From IMG/VR virus record IMGVR_UViG_3300042566_000762, positions 42,462 through 106,461 of that record: DNA of 64,000 bases. One strand, given 5' to 3'. Under the pieces are notes generated by a model. The model was not told the origin of the DNA. It did no database searches and saw nothing but the letters and a program-made list of their open reading frames with translations. Numbering within the stretch: the first letter of the stretch is position 1; every line of letters starts with the position of its first letter. This document shows positions 9,501 through 17,241 of this stretch, in pieces. The position numbers and the translations under genes were made by a program. This DNA comes from a virus.

Positions 9501-10793
9501 AAAATCTTTAATTATCGCTTCACATTTTACTTTTGCCTCTTTTGCTATTTCAGCAGCTTTTTCTTTAATTTTATCTATACCAGATTTTTCAGCATCAGAT
9601 TTTAATTCTCCACCTCCTAACTTTTGTTCAGGTGGGGGGCCTTGTTCTTGACCTTTTTCACCAGGTGCAGCAGTTGGTTTTTCTTTATCTATTTTTCCCT
9701 GCGGCGTTTGTCCTTTTTTTGTGGGTTGGCCGGGTTCGGATGGTTTCGCCGATTGAGTTGCTGCTTTTCCAGGTTCCGTTTTTTTCTTTGGGTCGTTTGC
9801 AGGTGCATCATCTGGTCCTGCTATTTTTGAAGCTTGAATGTGTGCTGGATGTTCTTTTGGTAATCTTAATGCATCTCTTGCTTTAATTTTCTTTTGTTGG
9901 CCTTTACTATTTGTATAACTAATATCAACATCCAATGCTTTATTTGAAGCTTCACCAAAATATTCTTTAGCAAATTCTTCAAACATTTCATTTGTAATAT
10001 ATCTTTCTATTATTTCTGAAATGGGGTCATATGGTGCTTTATTTCCGTCAAATGCCTTTTTCTCATCTTCGGGATGTTCCGTTTCATGTCTTGTAGGATG
10101 TGGTTCTGGTCTCATTTCCGATGATGGTTTTGTATTATTGGTTTCATCTATTGAACCTGTTGGTGCACCATTGATATATCCTCCCGGTAAATTCAATCCA
10201 ACTCCTATTCCTCCTGGAAATCCTTCGTTCAATTTTGTTGTTATCATTTTAAAAATCTCTTTGTCAAATTTTGGATATGCTTTAAGAAAAAACTTTTTAG
10301 CCTTTTCTTTATCGTTACTTCCCAATCCTCGTCTAACTTCGGTTCCACTTATAGGATTTTCTTCGGCAGGTATTGGATATGTATAACCTATTTCATCGTA
10401 ACCATATCCAGCATTGCCTTTATATGGTTTAAAATATTTTCCCTGTAATCTACTTGCATCTTTATCACCTACTGCTGCAATATATGCAATAGTTTGTCCG
10501 TCATATTTTTTTAATATTTCGGCAGGTCTATATGGATTGTTTACTTTTACAAACTTAGTAGATGGAACACCAAACATCTTAGTTGCAATTTCCTTTTTCT
10601 CATTAAAAGAAAATGGAGATTTATCGGAAGATGTATCATTTGATGTTGCAATATAAACATTTGCAGAACCAAATTCACTTACTAAGTTTTGATATGCCGC
10701 ATAATGTCCTTTATGGAATGGTTGAAAACGACCAGCATATACGACTATTTCACCTTGTATTTTTGGTTTATCTTTTTCTGTCAATAAATTCAT
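6534..10793 (-). CDS. Large multidomain protein: HIGH nucleotidyltransferase (NMNAT-like), Gly/Ala hydrophobic segment, HExxH metallopeptidase-like domain, small beta domain, C-terminal ATP-dependent-ligase-like domain
   Basis: 1419 aa; AGRFQPFHKGH/SPFS/ISGTEVR; TLAHEMVH; REKTDG ... NLEVI ... EGLVF ... YKLTG. Confidence 0.75.
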   Translation of the reverse strand: MNLLTEKDKPKIQGEIVVYAGRFQPFHKGHYAAYQNLVSEFGSANVYIATSNDTSSDKSPFSFNEKKEIATKMFGVPSTKFVKVNNPYRPAEILKKYDGQTIAYIAAVGDKDASRLQGKYFKPYKGNAGYGYDEIGYTYPIPAEENPISGTEVRRGLGSNDKEKAKKFFLKAYPKFDKEIFKMITTKLNEGFPGGIGVGLNLPGGYINGAPTGSIDETNNTKPSSEMRPEPHPTRHETEHPEDEKKAFDGNKAPYDPISEIIERYITNEMFEEFAKEYFGEASNKALDVDISYTNSKGQQKKIKARDALRLPKEHPAHIQASKIAGPDDAPANDPKKKTEPGKAATQSAKPSEPGQPTKKGQTPQGKIDKEKPTAAPGEKGQEQGPPPEQKLGGGELKSDAEKSGIDKIKEKAAEIAKEAKVKCEAIIKDFTEEEQHDVHETTNPHSETRKNWSQKIGDFISNLPKNIAEKVYEVVKEKYHQLKNTGRGLKSLALSTMYTGKPKFGWFKDKDGQYKHSEHEEKRQRKACISTLKDVAVIGASVVVGAAIAGATGAAAAGKGIGGVIQAASQGASHSVSSVGGFAAHAAIDFGKHCGLEALGLAAGEGHIEAQVGAGLFGLGHMALKGMGLAEEVNETKANGDMFIKLVADVVKKMETFEPNPQQLLKTLESYKKQKEISKLQNLTKGLNENISETKQNSIQHFVEYATKKLKLKETPKITLLSGREYSEAKTSLGGYNPMSKEIYVAIEGRLTADILRTLAHEMVHRKQDELGLVKDEVKDGATGSPIENQAHAVAGILMRNYGKINKQIYNEDINIDVDKGDEVLMGKFKNKKVVVKDIGKDDHGMPTINGKKATTFRLGQKGQNIYEMGNKDIHFKNIIQLYRDAKFRKRINAFLFGNPNHNNPTAVAKALRNMGYDDITRMEKELNIEPDLNEVSSVMVSNTADVPDGSFVQKGKKRKLNTDKSEDWYKNGGYTQTDFPKADAIFGDDDAEERTITYSIKNLPDVDYVETEFIKEGLLMEGGAYGHMSHPFDDMDLTFGDLKNIIKSALEGDLGVVREKTDGQALAISWKNGRLIAARNKGNLANAGANAMGIEDVASKFAGRGGLTDAYNFAMKDLSAAISGLSEAQRKKIFNEGQCFMNLEVIWPDSVNVIPYGQALLVFHNTTCYNEKGEAVGADQSAASKLAGMIKQVNADVQSKYTIQGPPITSIPKDNNLSSKQGKYLSKLNKLQSEFHLKDTDNVADYHQSWWDWWIESKAPTKVDKITKEALIRRWAFGEKTFRLNTISNEELQEWAIENDKVNVIKQQKENIRPFEEIFLGVGADVLDFVGSVLTVHPENAIRAMKQKFKSVADQVRSAGNPAQIQKLKTELERLNQLGGIEKIVASEGLVFFYNGKTYKLTGTFAPLNQILGIFYA

Positions 10794-10797
10794 GTGT

Positions 10798-10805
10798 ATA
10801 AATAT
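10798..10805 (-). promoter_or_regulatory. Putative late promoter motif ATATTTAT
   Basis: GATATTTATACAC-ATG directly before the 1419-aa gene. Confidence 0.55.
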
Positions 10806-10814
10806 CTTAAAATA

Positions 10815-10940
10815 TTAGAAACTCTTATAAACAAATGGGTCTCTTTTTTTAAGTTCCTCTAATTTTTTCTTAAATTTTTGTTTTTTCTTTCTTTCTTCGT
10901 ATTTTTTTACAAAGAATGAAATGATTGGCCAGTTTTTCAT
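10815..10940 (-). CDS. Small basic hypothetical protein (41 aa)
   Basis: Below the ORF-track cutoff; MKNWPIISFFVKKYEERKKKQKFKKKLEELKKRDPFVYKSF fills the intergenic gap, 7 nt after the upstream stop. Confidence 0.65.
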   Translation of the reverse strand: MKNWPIISFFVKKYEERKKKQKFKKKLEELKKRDPFVYKSF

Positions 10941-10947
10941 AATTCTT

Positions 10948-11490
10948 TTAATTTTGGTAATACAATTCCGGATATTCTACTAATATATATACACCTTTGT
11001 TTTGTGTTGCATATTTGTAAGATAATTCTATATCGGTTGGTGTTTTTAAATCTAAAAATTCTATATTTTTACAAAGAGATTTAAATTCTTCTAAATAATT
11101 TCCTCTGTGTTGGTGACCAGGGTCTAATGGTTTGTCCGAACCTTTACCCAATCTAATTAGAATGTGTGGACGTTTTCCGGTCATCAATTCGTATTTATCA
11201 ATATGATTTACTAATTGATTGGTTGCTGATATTAAAAAATCCCATCTTGGATAAAATGATATTACTAATTTATTTGTCATTGCCAATCCCAATGTCATAC
11301 CCATTTGAGTTTCTTCCATTACTGGTAATTCAATCATTTTATCTTTTGAAACTTCACCCAATGTTGTACTCATTGGATTTCCTGCATAAAGAATTTGTTG
11401 GCCTATGAATATTGAATTATCCAAATCTGATAATTGATTCATAGCAGATGTCAATGCATCTTTGTATGGTGTATATTTTGGTGTGTTCAT
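10948..11490 (-). CDS. TPP-dependent enzyme, E1-beta/transketolase pyrimidine-binding subunit (short form)
   Basis: IELPVMEETQMGMTLGLA, YPRWDF, NQLVNH, GHQH; likely start MNTPKY at 11490 rather than the track's 11508. Confidence 0.85.
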   Translation of the reverse strand: MNTPKYTPYKDALTSAMNQLSDLDNSIFIGQQILYAGNPMSTTLGEVSKDKMIELPVMEETQMGMTLGLAMTNKLVISFYPRWDFLISATNQLVNHIDKYELMTGKRPHILIRLGKGSDKPLDPGHQHRGNYLEEFKSLCKNIEFLDLKTPTDIELSYKYATQNKGVYILVEYPELYYQN

Positions 11491-11492
11491 AA

Positions 11493-12131
11493 TTAAAAGA
11501 TAACCCACTTTCCACTTCCGTAGTGAGGGTATTTTGATTTATAAGTATAATGTATTACATCCGATGGAAGGTCTCTCTTTTCGTTCCACGTTGCTTCGGT
11601 TGGTGTGTTTGTTGAAATTCCATTATCTTCTACTATAAAATATAAAGGTAAATTAAAGTTTCTTGCATATTTGTGAACTTCATAAAATATACCACTCTCA
11701 AAACTCATATCACCAATAAAACACCAAACCTTATCCTCTCCACCATCTTTTTTTATAGATAGTGCAATTCCTAATGCAATTGATAATGTTGAACCAACAA
11801 TTGCAGATGAATAAAATTTAGCATCTATATCACACATTGTAATAGATTTACCATCTTTGATTAATTCGGTTGCATAATCGGCAGATATTCCTTTTAAAAC
11901 CCAATGATAATGAGAACGCCACGTTGAGAATACCCAATCCGTTTCTTTAACTCTTTTAAATACTTCTATTAATTGTTCTTCGTTTCCGTTTGATAAATGT
12001 ATTGGGCCTCTTATCTTTCCGGCCTCCCATAAATCAACGATGTCCTGCTCAAACTTAATTAATTTCTCAGGTGTCCAACCAATTTCTATTTCATTTCTTA
12101 CGATTGAATATTGTTCTAAATTTTGTATCAT
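11493..12131 (-). CDS. TPP-dependent enzyme, E1-alpha-like subunit
   Basis: IHLSNGNEE, STWRSHYH, AIVG, TPP-binding GDMSFESG...EDN. Confidence 0.88.
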   Translation of the reverse strand: MIQNLEQYSIVRNEIEIGWTPEKLIKFEQDIVDLWEAGKIRGPIHLSNGNEEQLIEVFKRVKETDWVFSTWRSHYHWVLKGISADYATELIKDGKSITMCDIDAKFYSSAIVGSTLSIALGIALSIKKDGGEDKVWCFIGDMSFESGIFYEVHKYARNFNLPLYFIVEDNGISTNTPTEATWNEKRDLPSDVIHYTYKSKYPHYGSGKWVIF

Positions 12132-12165
12132 TATCTATCTCTTTTTTGTAATATTGGATTTGTCT
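12131..12165 (-). pseudogene. 3' remnant of rmlC (TNPILQKRDR*) abutting the E1-alpha start
   Basis: Near-identical to the end of the intact rmlC at 14129-14160 (SPILQKRDR*). Confidence 0.7.
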
Positions 12166-12198
12166 TTGTTTATTTAAACATATTTTTCAATGTTTAAC

Positions 12199-12798
12199 TT
12201 AAAGTATTGTTTTTTCGGTTTTACTAGGATGATATCCTATATTATATTTATTACTTTTATCTAAAATATTTTTAAAATCTTCATCAATATAATTAATATT
12301 TAAATAATCAAATAATTCAGAGAAATTTCCATAAAATAAATCTTCATAATAAAAAGAACGAAATAATGGGTCTTTTAATTCAAATAATACATTTTCCAAA
12401 GATACAAACACATCTTCCTTTTCTTTTATCATTTCTTCGGTTATGCCAGCTAAGTGATATTTTCTTTTGGTTTTATCTAAAAAATTTTTATTATGTTGTG
12501 CAGTAATAGAACTAATGACCTGTTCTCTTTTATTTTTTCTAGATATTAATAACACTTTATCAAAGTCATTTATAATTTTCTCTTTATTAATTTTTAGCAA
12601 GCTAAAATTACTTATATCACTTTTTACTAAAACATTTTCATATTTGATACATTCTTCGTATTTTGTTTTTTTAATTCCAGTTTCTTTGTAATGAGTAAAT
12701 GGTTGATTAAAATATTCATAATTGGAATTTTGTCTTAAAAAATACTCCGATATTGAATTAGTTCCACTACGTGGTATATATAATATTAATATTTTCAT
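12199..12798 (-). CDS. Sulfotransferase-like P-loop protein
   Basis: 5'-PSB-like IPRSGTNS, FNQPF, RKNKREQVISS (3'-PB-like), FYYEDL. Confidence 0.65.
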   Translation of the reverse strand: MKILILYIPRSGTNSISEYFLRQNSNYEYFNQPFTHYKETGIKKTKYEECIKYENVLVKSDISNFSLLKINKEKIINDFDKVLLISRKNKREQVISSITAQHNKNFLDKTKRKYHLAGITEEMIKEKEDVFVSLENVLFELKDPLFRSFYYEDLFYGNFSELFDYLNINYIDEDFKNILDKSNKYNIGYHPSKTEKTIL

Positions 12799-12947
12799 CT
12801 ATCTCTTTTTTGCAATGTTGGTTTATCTGATGGCCGTTCCATTTGATATTCCGGGTCGTTCCATTTAACCACTCCTTGTTCATCTGCATCAACATAACCA
12901 AATTTTTTCGATGGAGTAATTTGAAACTCATCCCATTTATTACTCAT
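12795..12947 (-). pseudogene. Internally deleted second rmlC allele (50-codon ORF)
   Basis: MSNKWDEFQITPSKKFGY|VDADEQGVVKWNDPEYQMERPSDKPTLQKRDR* matches both termini of RmlC 14129-14674 and lacks the cupin core; ATGA overlaps on both sides. Confidence 0.8.
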
Positions 12948-13402
12948 ATTATTGTTGTATTTTTTGATTTAAATAAATCATTATGTAGAAATCCAACTAA
13001 TGTAAATCTTTTACCTACACAATTTTCTACTCTATGTGTTTCTTCTCCTGTAAAATATATCATAGTTCCTATTTTTGGTTTTATAGTTAGTTCATTAAAT
13101 ATCAATTCACCTCCCGTATATTTATCATTTAAAAATATAACAAATGAATATGGGTTGATATGAGAATGTGTTGTTTTAACTTGTTCAATATTTTCATCGG
13201 TGTATTGTATTCTAAATTTCTTAAAATCACATTTTATAAATTCAGGAATAACATTAACAACTTTTTCTAAATGTGGAATTAAATTTAATCCGTGAAAATG
13301 ATAAATATTATCATATACAGAAATAACATTATTGTTATCCCATAAATTAAGTATCGAATTACATTGTACATTTGATATGTAATTATTTACAATCGTAATC
13401 AT
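12944..13402 (-). CDS. 2OG-Fe(II) oxygenase (prolyl-4-hydroxylase-like)
   Basis: SFVIFLNDKYTGGEL, THRV, RFTLVGF; the first metal motif is HSH instead of HxD. Confidence 0.8.
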   Translation of the reverse strand: MITIVNNYISNVQCNSILNLWDNNNVISVYDNIYHFHGLNLIPHLEKVVNVIPEFIKCDFKKFRIQYTDENIEQVKTTHSHINPYSFVIFLNDKYTGGELIFNELTIKPKIGTMIYFTGEETHRVENCVGKRFTLVGFLHNDLFKSKNTTII

Positions 13403-13420
13403 ATAATATTAACTATAATA

Positions 13421-13795
13421 TCATAGTAATTTTTTTTCTCTTGATTTCCAATACATCTTCCCATAACTGTGGCACAATTCATCACCCGCCTTTATGTTTT
13501 TTAATGAGAAAAATTCTATAATGATTGGTTTTTCTATGTTTATTAATCTCCAACGTATATTTGGTGTATCACTATGATTATAAATTGAACCATACCCCAA
13601 TGGTAGTAAGGATTCTGTGTCAGTAAGACTGAAAAGATAATCAATACCTGGATTAAATGGTTGAAGATATGTTTTAAGACTATAACAAGTTTCAACAATA
13701 CTGCCTTCATCAATATCTTGACAAGCAAAAACTCCGAAACCCATTATTTCATCTATGTATTTTACTTCTAATTCGATTTTATTTTTAATAATCAT
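13421..13795 (-). CDS. SET-domain lysine methyltransferase
   Basis: GFGVFACQDI, IYNHSDTPN, IKAGDELCHSYG. Confidence 0.9.
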   Translation of the reverse strand: MIIKNKIELEVKYIDEIMGFGVFACQDIDEGSIVETCYSLKTYLQPFNPGIDYLFSLTDTESLLPLGYGSIYNHSDTPNIRWRLINIEKPIIIEFFSLKNIKAGDELCHSYGKMYWKSREKKLL

Positions 13796-13801
13796 ATGTC
13801 A

Positions 13802-13833
13802 TAAATATACGAAAAAAAGTTCATATTTCCAAA
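13802..13833 (-). promoter_or_regulatory. Bacteroidota sigma70-like promoter
   Basis: TTTGGAAATATGAACTTTTTTTCGTATATTTA upstream of the SET gene. Confidence 0.65.
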
Positions 13834-13837
13834 TTTA

Positions 13838-13948
13838 TTAAAATCACATTTTATAAATTCAGGAATAATATTAACAACTTTTTATAAATGTGGAATTAAA
13901 TTTTGTATTTGATATATAATTGTCTATAACCATAACCATATAATATTA
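13838..13948 (-). pseudogene. Deleted, frameshifted remnant of a 2OG-Fe(II) oxygenase allele
   Basis: 13838-13893 nearly copies 13221-13286; the 5' part MVMVIDNYISN resembles MITIVNNYISN, including the upstream leader. Confidence 0.75.
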
Positions 13949-13952
13949 CATA

Positions 13953-14132
13953 TTATGTTTGATTTGCATAACCCAAAGGGAATCCATTTCTAAATTCTGC
14001 TCCCATTTTTGGAACTATCATTTGATATGCCATTATTAATTCCTGTATACCATTATCCAAATTTACATGTGGTCTCCAACCTATTTCAATATCATTTCTA
14101 ACTATTGAATATTGTTCTAAATTTTTTATCAT
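13953..14132 (-). pseudogene. Chimeric 59-aa ORF: E1-alpha N-terminus fused in frame to epimerase C-terminus
   Basis: MIKNLEQYSIVRNDIEIGW|RPHVNLDNGIQELIMAYQMIVPKMGAEFRNGFPLGYANQT*; 14011-14081 is identical to 15549-15619; the junction lies in shared GGTTGGA. Confidence 0.85.
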
Positions 14133-14674
14133 CTATCTCTTTTTTGTAATATTGGTGAATCCGTTGGCCATTCGATTTGAAATTCAGGGTCATTCCATTT
14201 TACAACACCTTGTGCGTTTTCTTCAACAAAATCACCTTCATAAAATAAATTATAATGAAATACACAATCGGTTAATGCATAGTGTCCATTTGCAAATCCA
14301 GGTGGAACTAATATTTGGTCTCTGGTTTTTTCAGTAAGTAAATATGAATTCCAATCACCATATGTAGGTGATTCTTTTCTAACATCCAATACTACTAAAA
14401 ATATATCACCGACCAAAGCTTGAACCAATTTCCAAGTCTTATTATCCCAATGCAATCCTCTCAATACACCTTTGTATGATTTTGAGAATCTACCATGTAC
14501 TTTCAAATCTCCGTGCATAAAATTATGAACAGGATGTTCTTCCGGATGATATGTTGTCCAAATCTCTCCCCTATATTCTCTATATACCGATGGTGAAAAT
14601 ACTGGTACATCTTTACCAAATGGTTTTAAAAATGATACATCTATATCATTCCATTTTTTATCTTTATAACTCAT
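14129..14674 (-). CDS. rmlC: dTDP-4-dehydrorhamnose 3,5-epimerase family protein
   Basis: SKSYKGVLRGLHW, KLVQ, DVRKESPTYG, VPPGFANGH, WNDP. Confidence 0.88.
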   Translation of the reverse strand: MSYKDKKWNDIDVSFLKPFGKDVPVFSPSVYREYRGEIWTTYHPEEHPVHNFMHGDLKVHGRFSKSYKGVLRGLHWDNKTWKLVQALVGDIFLVVLDVRKESPTYGDWNSYLLTEKTRDQILVPPGFANGHYALTDCVFHYNLFYEGDFVEENAQGVVKWNDPEFQIEWPTDSPILQKRDR

Positions 14675-15489
14675 ATTAATTTATTTTTATGCGTATTAGT
14701 TAAGTATTTTGCTAATTCTTTTGCGTATTCAATATGTCCGAAATATCCAGGATGTAAATCTTCATATCCTGTTAATTCTCCTTTTAATTCATCTGTTATT
14801 GTTAGTTTATTTCTCAAACAATAATTGTAAATATCATCCGATTCCTGTGTGTTTGAAAATTTTATAATATCTTCTTTATCAAATGTAGTTGTTAAATATA
14901 ACCAATTTTTTTGCATTAAAAATATTTTAATATTATTAAATTTACAAAAAGAATATAATCCAGCTAATGCATATTCATCATTTTTTAAATTAGCTTGAAA
15001 ATTAAAATGATTTTCGTGCCAATTTAAAAATATATCTTTATATTCCAAATCTTTTTCTAAAATTTTAGGATTAAAATAATCTCTAGTGGCGCCGGCCATC
15101 TCGTAAATATCACCATCATTTTTTGAATTAACTATATAATATTCGTTGGTTTTATTTAAGAATACATCACATCTACTAGGGTCAGGCTTATCTAATATAA
15201 TAAAAAATTTATTTTTATTTTTCCAATTTTTTTCTATAAAATCATAAGTCATTCTAACTATTCTTTGAACACCTACTCCCGATTTAGCTTCGTTAATACA
15301 TTTCACATTTATTAATTTAGATAATCTATATCCAAAATTAACTTCTTCTCTATTTTTCCAACTTACATTATGTAATTTTTTATATAACCTATGAACACCA
15401 ATACCTCTGATATTCGGTTCTTCTAATCCACCACCTTCACAATGCGAACTTCCGTTAACATAAAAAAATTGATATTTACTAAAATCCAT
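14671..15489 (-). CDS. SGNH/GDSL-like hydrolase or acyltransferase
   Basis: VNGSSH, INEAKSG, DLHPGYFGH; likely start MDFSKY at 15489. Confidence 0.7.
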   Translation of the reverse strand: MDFSKYQFFYVNGSSHCEGGGLEEPNIRGIGVHRLYKKLHNVSWKNREEVNFGYRLSKLINVKCINEAKSGVGVQRIVRMTYDFIEKNWKNKNKFFIILDKPDPSRCDVFLNKTNEYYIVNSKNDGDIYEMAGATRDYFNPKILEKDLEYKDIFLNWHENHFNFQANLKNDEYALAGLYSFCKFNNIKIFLMQKNWLYLTTTFDKEDIIKFSNTQESDDIYNYCLRNKLTITDELKGELTGYEDLHPGYFGHIEYAKELAKYLTNTHKNKLI

Positions 15490-15490
15490 A

Positions 15491-16462
15491 CTATCCCAAA
15501 TTTGCATACCCTAAAGGAAATCCATTTCTAAATTCTGCACTCATTTTGGGAACTATCATTTGATATGCCATTATTAATTCCTGTATACCATTATCCAAAT
15601 TTACATGTGGTCTCCAACCGGTTTCTTCTATTTTTGAATTTGATACAATATAGTTTCGTTTATCAGGGTCTTGATAATAATCATCGTATACTACTGCAAA
15701 ATCTTTTACATATTTTTGTATTTTTTCCAATAATTCTTGTTTATTCAAATTTGCATCACTCAATCCAATATTAAAAACTTCTCCTTTATATCTTTCATAT
15801 CTATCCAACATAAATGCAAATACGGATGCTACATCTCTAATATGAATAAAATTTCTTTTAAATGTTTTTTCAAATACAACAATGTATTTATCGGTAATAG
15901 CTTTATAAACAAAATCATTTACTAATAAATCCGTTCTCATTCTAGTTGAAACTCCAAATACGGTTGCTAATCTAAATACGATTGCATCAGTACAATTTCT
16001 TAAAAAATTTTCAGCTTCACATTTAGTTTGACCATAAACCGATATAGGAGTGAGTGGAGATTCTTCATTACATTCCAATTCACCCGTTCCTAACCCATAT
16101 CCACTATTTGTATTTGGATATAGAATTTTTTTATCTTTTCCGTTTGTAAATTTAACAATATTAACTATTTGTTGAAAGTTAATTTCTTTTGCAAGTTGTG
16201 GGTCTGCGTCGCATGCAGGAAACCCAACAATGGCTGCCAATGGAATTATTACATCTGCTCCATCACAAAGTTTTTCTAATAATGTTTCATTACGGACATC
16301 ACCATAAATAAATTTAAATTTAGAAGTATATGTATATCCCAATAAAGATGTTTGATTAAATAATAATTTATCTAATACCGTTACATTGTGGCCATCTTCC
16401 AATAATCGTTTTGTTATAACCGAACCTAAATATCCTGCACCACCGGTAATGAAAACTTTCAT
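15491..16462 (-). CDS. NAD-dependent nucleotide-sugar epimerase/dehydratase (extended SDR)
   Basis: TGGAGYLG, AAIVG, catalytic YGQTK, RLATVFG. Confidence 0.93.
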   Translation of the reverse strand: MKVFITGGAGYLGSVITKRLLEDGHNVTVLDKLLFNQTSLLGYTYTSKFKFIYGDVRNETLLEKLCDGADVIIPLAAIVGFPACDADPQLAKEINFQQIVNIVKFTNGKDKKILYPNTNSGYGLGTGELECNEESPLTPISVYGQTKCEAENFLRNCTDAIVFRLATVFGVSTRMRTDLLVNDFVYKAITDKYIVVFEKTFKRNFIHIRDVASVFAFMLDRYERYKGEVFNIGLSDANLNKQELLEKIQKYVKDFAVVYDDYYQDPDKRNYIVSNSKIEETGWRPHVNLDNGIQELIMAYQMIVPKMSAEFRNGFPLGYANLG

Positions 16463-17241
16463 AACTTATTTTTAATATAAATATAAAATTCTTTTGAAAA
16501 ATTGTCATGCCATAATTCTCCTGGGTGGTGATTATCTCTAGCTTTTAAATCATTTTTATAACAATTTATTGGGTCAAAAAATGTATCATAATTTATAGTA
16601 GAATTTAATTCCGATTTCAATTCTTTAAAAACATCGTAATAATATCCAGCTATTGTATGAAATATTTTTATATTGTATAATTTTGCAATTACTTCTACGA
16701 ATTTGTAAGCTTCCCAAAATGTCATTAAATCCTGATAATCATTTCTTAATTGAACAAACATCAAATCTTCATCTTCGTTTTTCCAAACTAAATCCATATC
16801 ATTGGCCATTCTAAATCCACCTATTTTTTTAAAAGAACCATTTTCTTTAATATAATCTCTCCTACTAAAACCAGGCCACATTATCAAAACCATATCCGGT
16901 ATAAATTCGGATGAAATTATTTTATATAATGTTTTCGCTATAAATGAAGTCGATGCACCATACATTCCATAATTAAAAACTTTACCAAATTGTTCACCAA
17001 TAAGATTTGGCCATATTTTTTCATTTTTAACACCAATACCCATAGTCCAAGAACAACCCAATGTTAATATGTTATAATCGGATTTATCTTTTAATGGGTT
17101 AGAACGATACCCATGTTCATTCATTTTATACCAAATTGTATTATCATCATTTGTATCACTTGCTAATGTTGGTAATATTTTATTTTTATATTGTTCAAAT
17201 ACAAAGACATCATCGGATAATATTTTTTCAAAATCTTTCAT
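16459..17241 (-). CDS. SGNH-like hydrolase or acyltransferase
   Basis: NEHGYRS, LGCSWTMG, NYGMYGAS, NHHPG. Confidence 0.75.
   Translation of the reverse strand: MKDFEKILSDDVFVFEQYKNKILPTLASDTNDDNTIWYKMNEHGYRSNPLKDKSDYNILTLGCSWTMGIGVKNEKIWPNLIGEQFGKVFNYGMYGASTSFIAKTLYKIISSEFIPDMVLIMWPGFSRRDYIKENGSFKKIGGFRMANDMDLVWKNEDEDLMFVQLRNDYQDLMTFWEAYKFVEVIAKLYNIKIFHTIAGYYYDVFKELKSELNSTINYDTFFDPINCYKNDLKARDNHHPGELWHDNFSKEFYIYIKNKL

Noticed and set aside
10948-12131. Pyruvate dehydrogenase auxiliary metabolic genes
   Set aside because: The subunits are truncated, E2/E3 are absent, and the context is nucleotide-sugar synthesis
12131-15619. Duplicated segments as a diversity-generating retroelement TR/VR pair
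   Set aside because: Differences are mostly synonymous and not adenine-specific, and there is no reverse transcriptase in the window
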